A stretch of 50,623 bases of DNA from Octopus bimaculoides (lineage: Eukaryota). The stretch covers positions 13,552,691 to 13,603,313 of the forward strand of contig NC_068997.1 in assembly GCF_001194135.2 (NCBI RefSeq), in the 5' to 3' direction. A program made the translations under genes and the position numbers. The notes below the pieces were generated by a model. It ran no database searches. It saw nothing but the letters and a program-made list of their open reading frames with translations, and was not told where the DNA came from. Shown one piece after another: positions 49,519 to 50,623 of the stretch (its first letter is position 1; every line of letters starts with the position of its first letter).

Positions 49519-50623
49519 ATTACATTGACTCAAATAGCGTATATAGATAGAAATTGTTTTTAATTTTATATATCTTTATTGTCCAGAAGTTTATATGTTA
49601 CAGTCAAACGACTTATCTAGTAGCAGAGGAATACTTTGCCACGAATATGCATAACCACCGGTAATTATACAAATACTTGATACCCATGTACATATGAACT
49701 GTTTATCGTAAAGAGAACATATATATGTCTGAATTTAAAGAATGTATTCACGATAACAAAGGTAACGTATTATAAATACGTTTGTTACATTTTCTTTGAA
49801 ATTGATTTGTCTGTAAATTCGTACAACATGACTGCCATCTTAAATGGGCATTAGAAAAACGTTCTCAAATAACAAAAAATAATAATGATAATGATAATAC
49901 TATTAATAGTATTAAATGATAAAAATAACAAAAATGAGAAATTACAAAATGAATATTATTACTGCCGAATAATCAGTAATAGCTGATGAGTCTTAACATG
50001 ATATGTCATCTTGAGGAGTAGGGGGGGGGCAAAAATCGAAATTAAAGGCAAAAATCAAAAGCAATCTTCTCATTCCTTTGACACTAATTTACTACAACAC
50101 TGCACCGGAAGTGTATCCGATTGATCTGCCCTTGTTCAAAGACAAATTTAATAAGTATATTTGTATTTCTATATATTTTATATATGTATGTGTAATTTTC
50201 AGTTCGTCTTCATGAATATATATATGTTTATGTGTGTGTGTGTGTGTGTGTGTGTGTACATATATGCATATATACATACATACATACATACACACACACA
50301 CCCACATATATATATATATATATATATATATGCGTACAATACACACCCTTATGTATATGTATATATACAATCATATCCCTACGCATTTGTGTCTGTGTAA
50401 ATGAATACATATAAGTATGTGTCTATCTATAAATGAGGGAGAGGAACAAAGTCAAGCAGAATACAGAGTGCCAGGATAACAGTTAGCTGGAGACAGATAA
50501 TTAGATAGATATTGATATAGAATATATATTGCTAGTGTGTATCTGTATATAAGCAGATATGAATTATATCAGCTATACAGATACGCTGTACGTATATAGG
50601 TGCTTACATTGATACCTACATAT

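Noticed and set aside
50085-50160. CCGGAAGTG ETS-like motif and short open frame YNTAPEVYPIDLPLFKDKF
   Set aside because: A single motif with no acceptor site or other support, expected by chance.

Overview
This is AT-rich eukaryotic genomic DNA from a gapped draft assembly, with about 19 N-gaps. Most large gaps are flanked by (TA)n. The microsatellite load and SINE families suggest a cephalopod, probably Octopus; this is inferred from recalled repeat families, not from a search. No complete protein-coding gene is recognisable, and most entries in the ORF track are artefacts of microsatellites or N-runs. The window reads as intronic or intergenic DNA. It contains four tRNA-derived SINE families (called A-D here, several copies with clear target-site duplications, TSDs). 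It also holds degenerate LINE fragments (two RTE types, CR1/L2-like, R4/Dong-like), an internally deleted mariner with both TIRs, a truncated Helitron with the helicase C-terminus and an intact 3' end, two Penelope-type termini with small hammerhead-like motifs, and a 221-bp LTR remnant with a tRNA-Ser PBS and 5-bp TSD. The best host-gene signal is one isolated, frame-preserving 117-nt candidate exon (31976-32092, +) of unknown product. I found no convincing novel multi-gene system. The leads are modest: the mini-LTR element, hammerhead-like motifs, nested and inverted SINEs, several long perfect hairpins, and clustered TF-like motifs. All alignments were done by eye, so boundaries are approximate unless a TSD or TIR fixes them.
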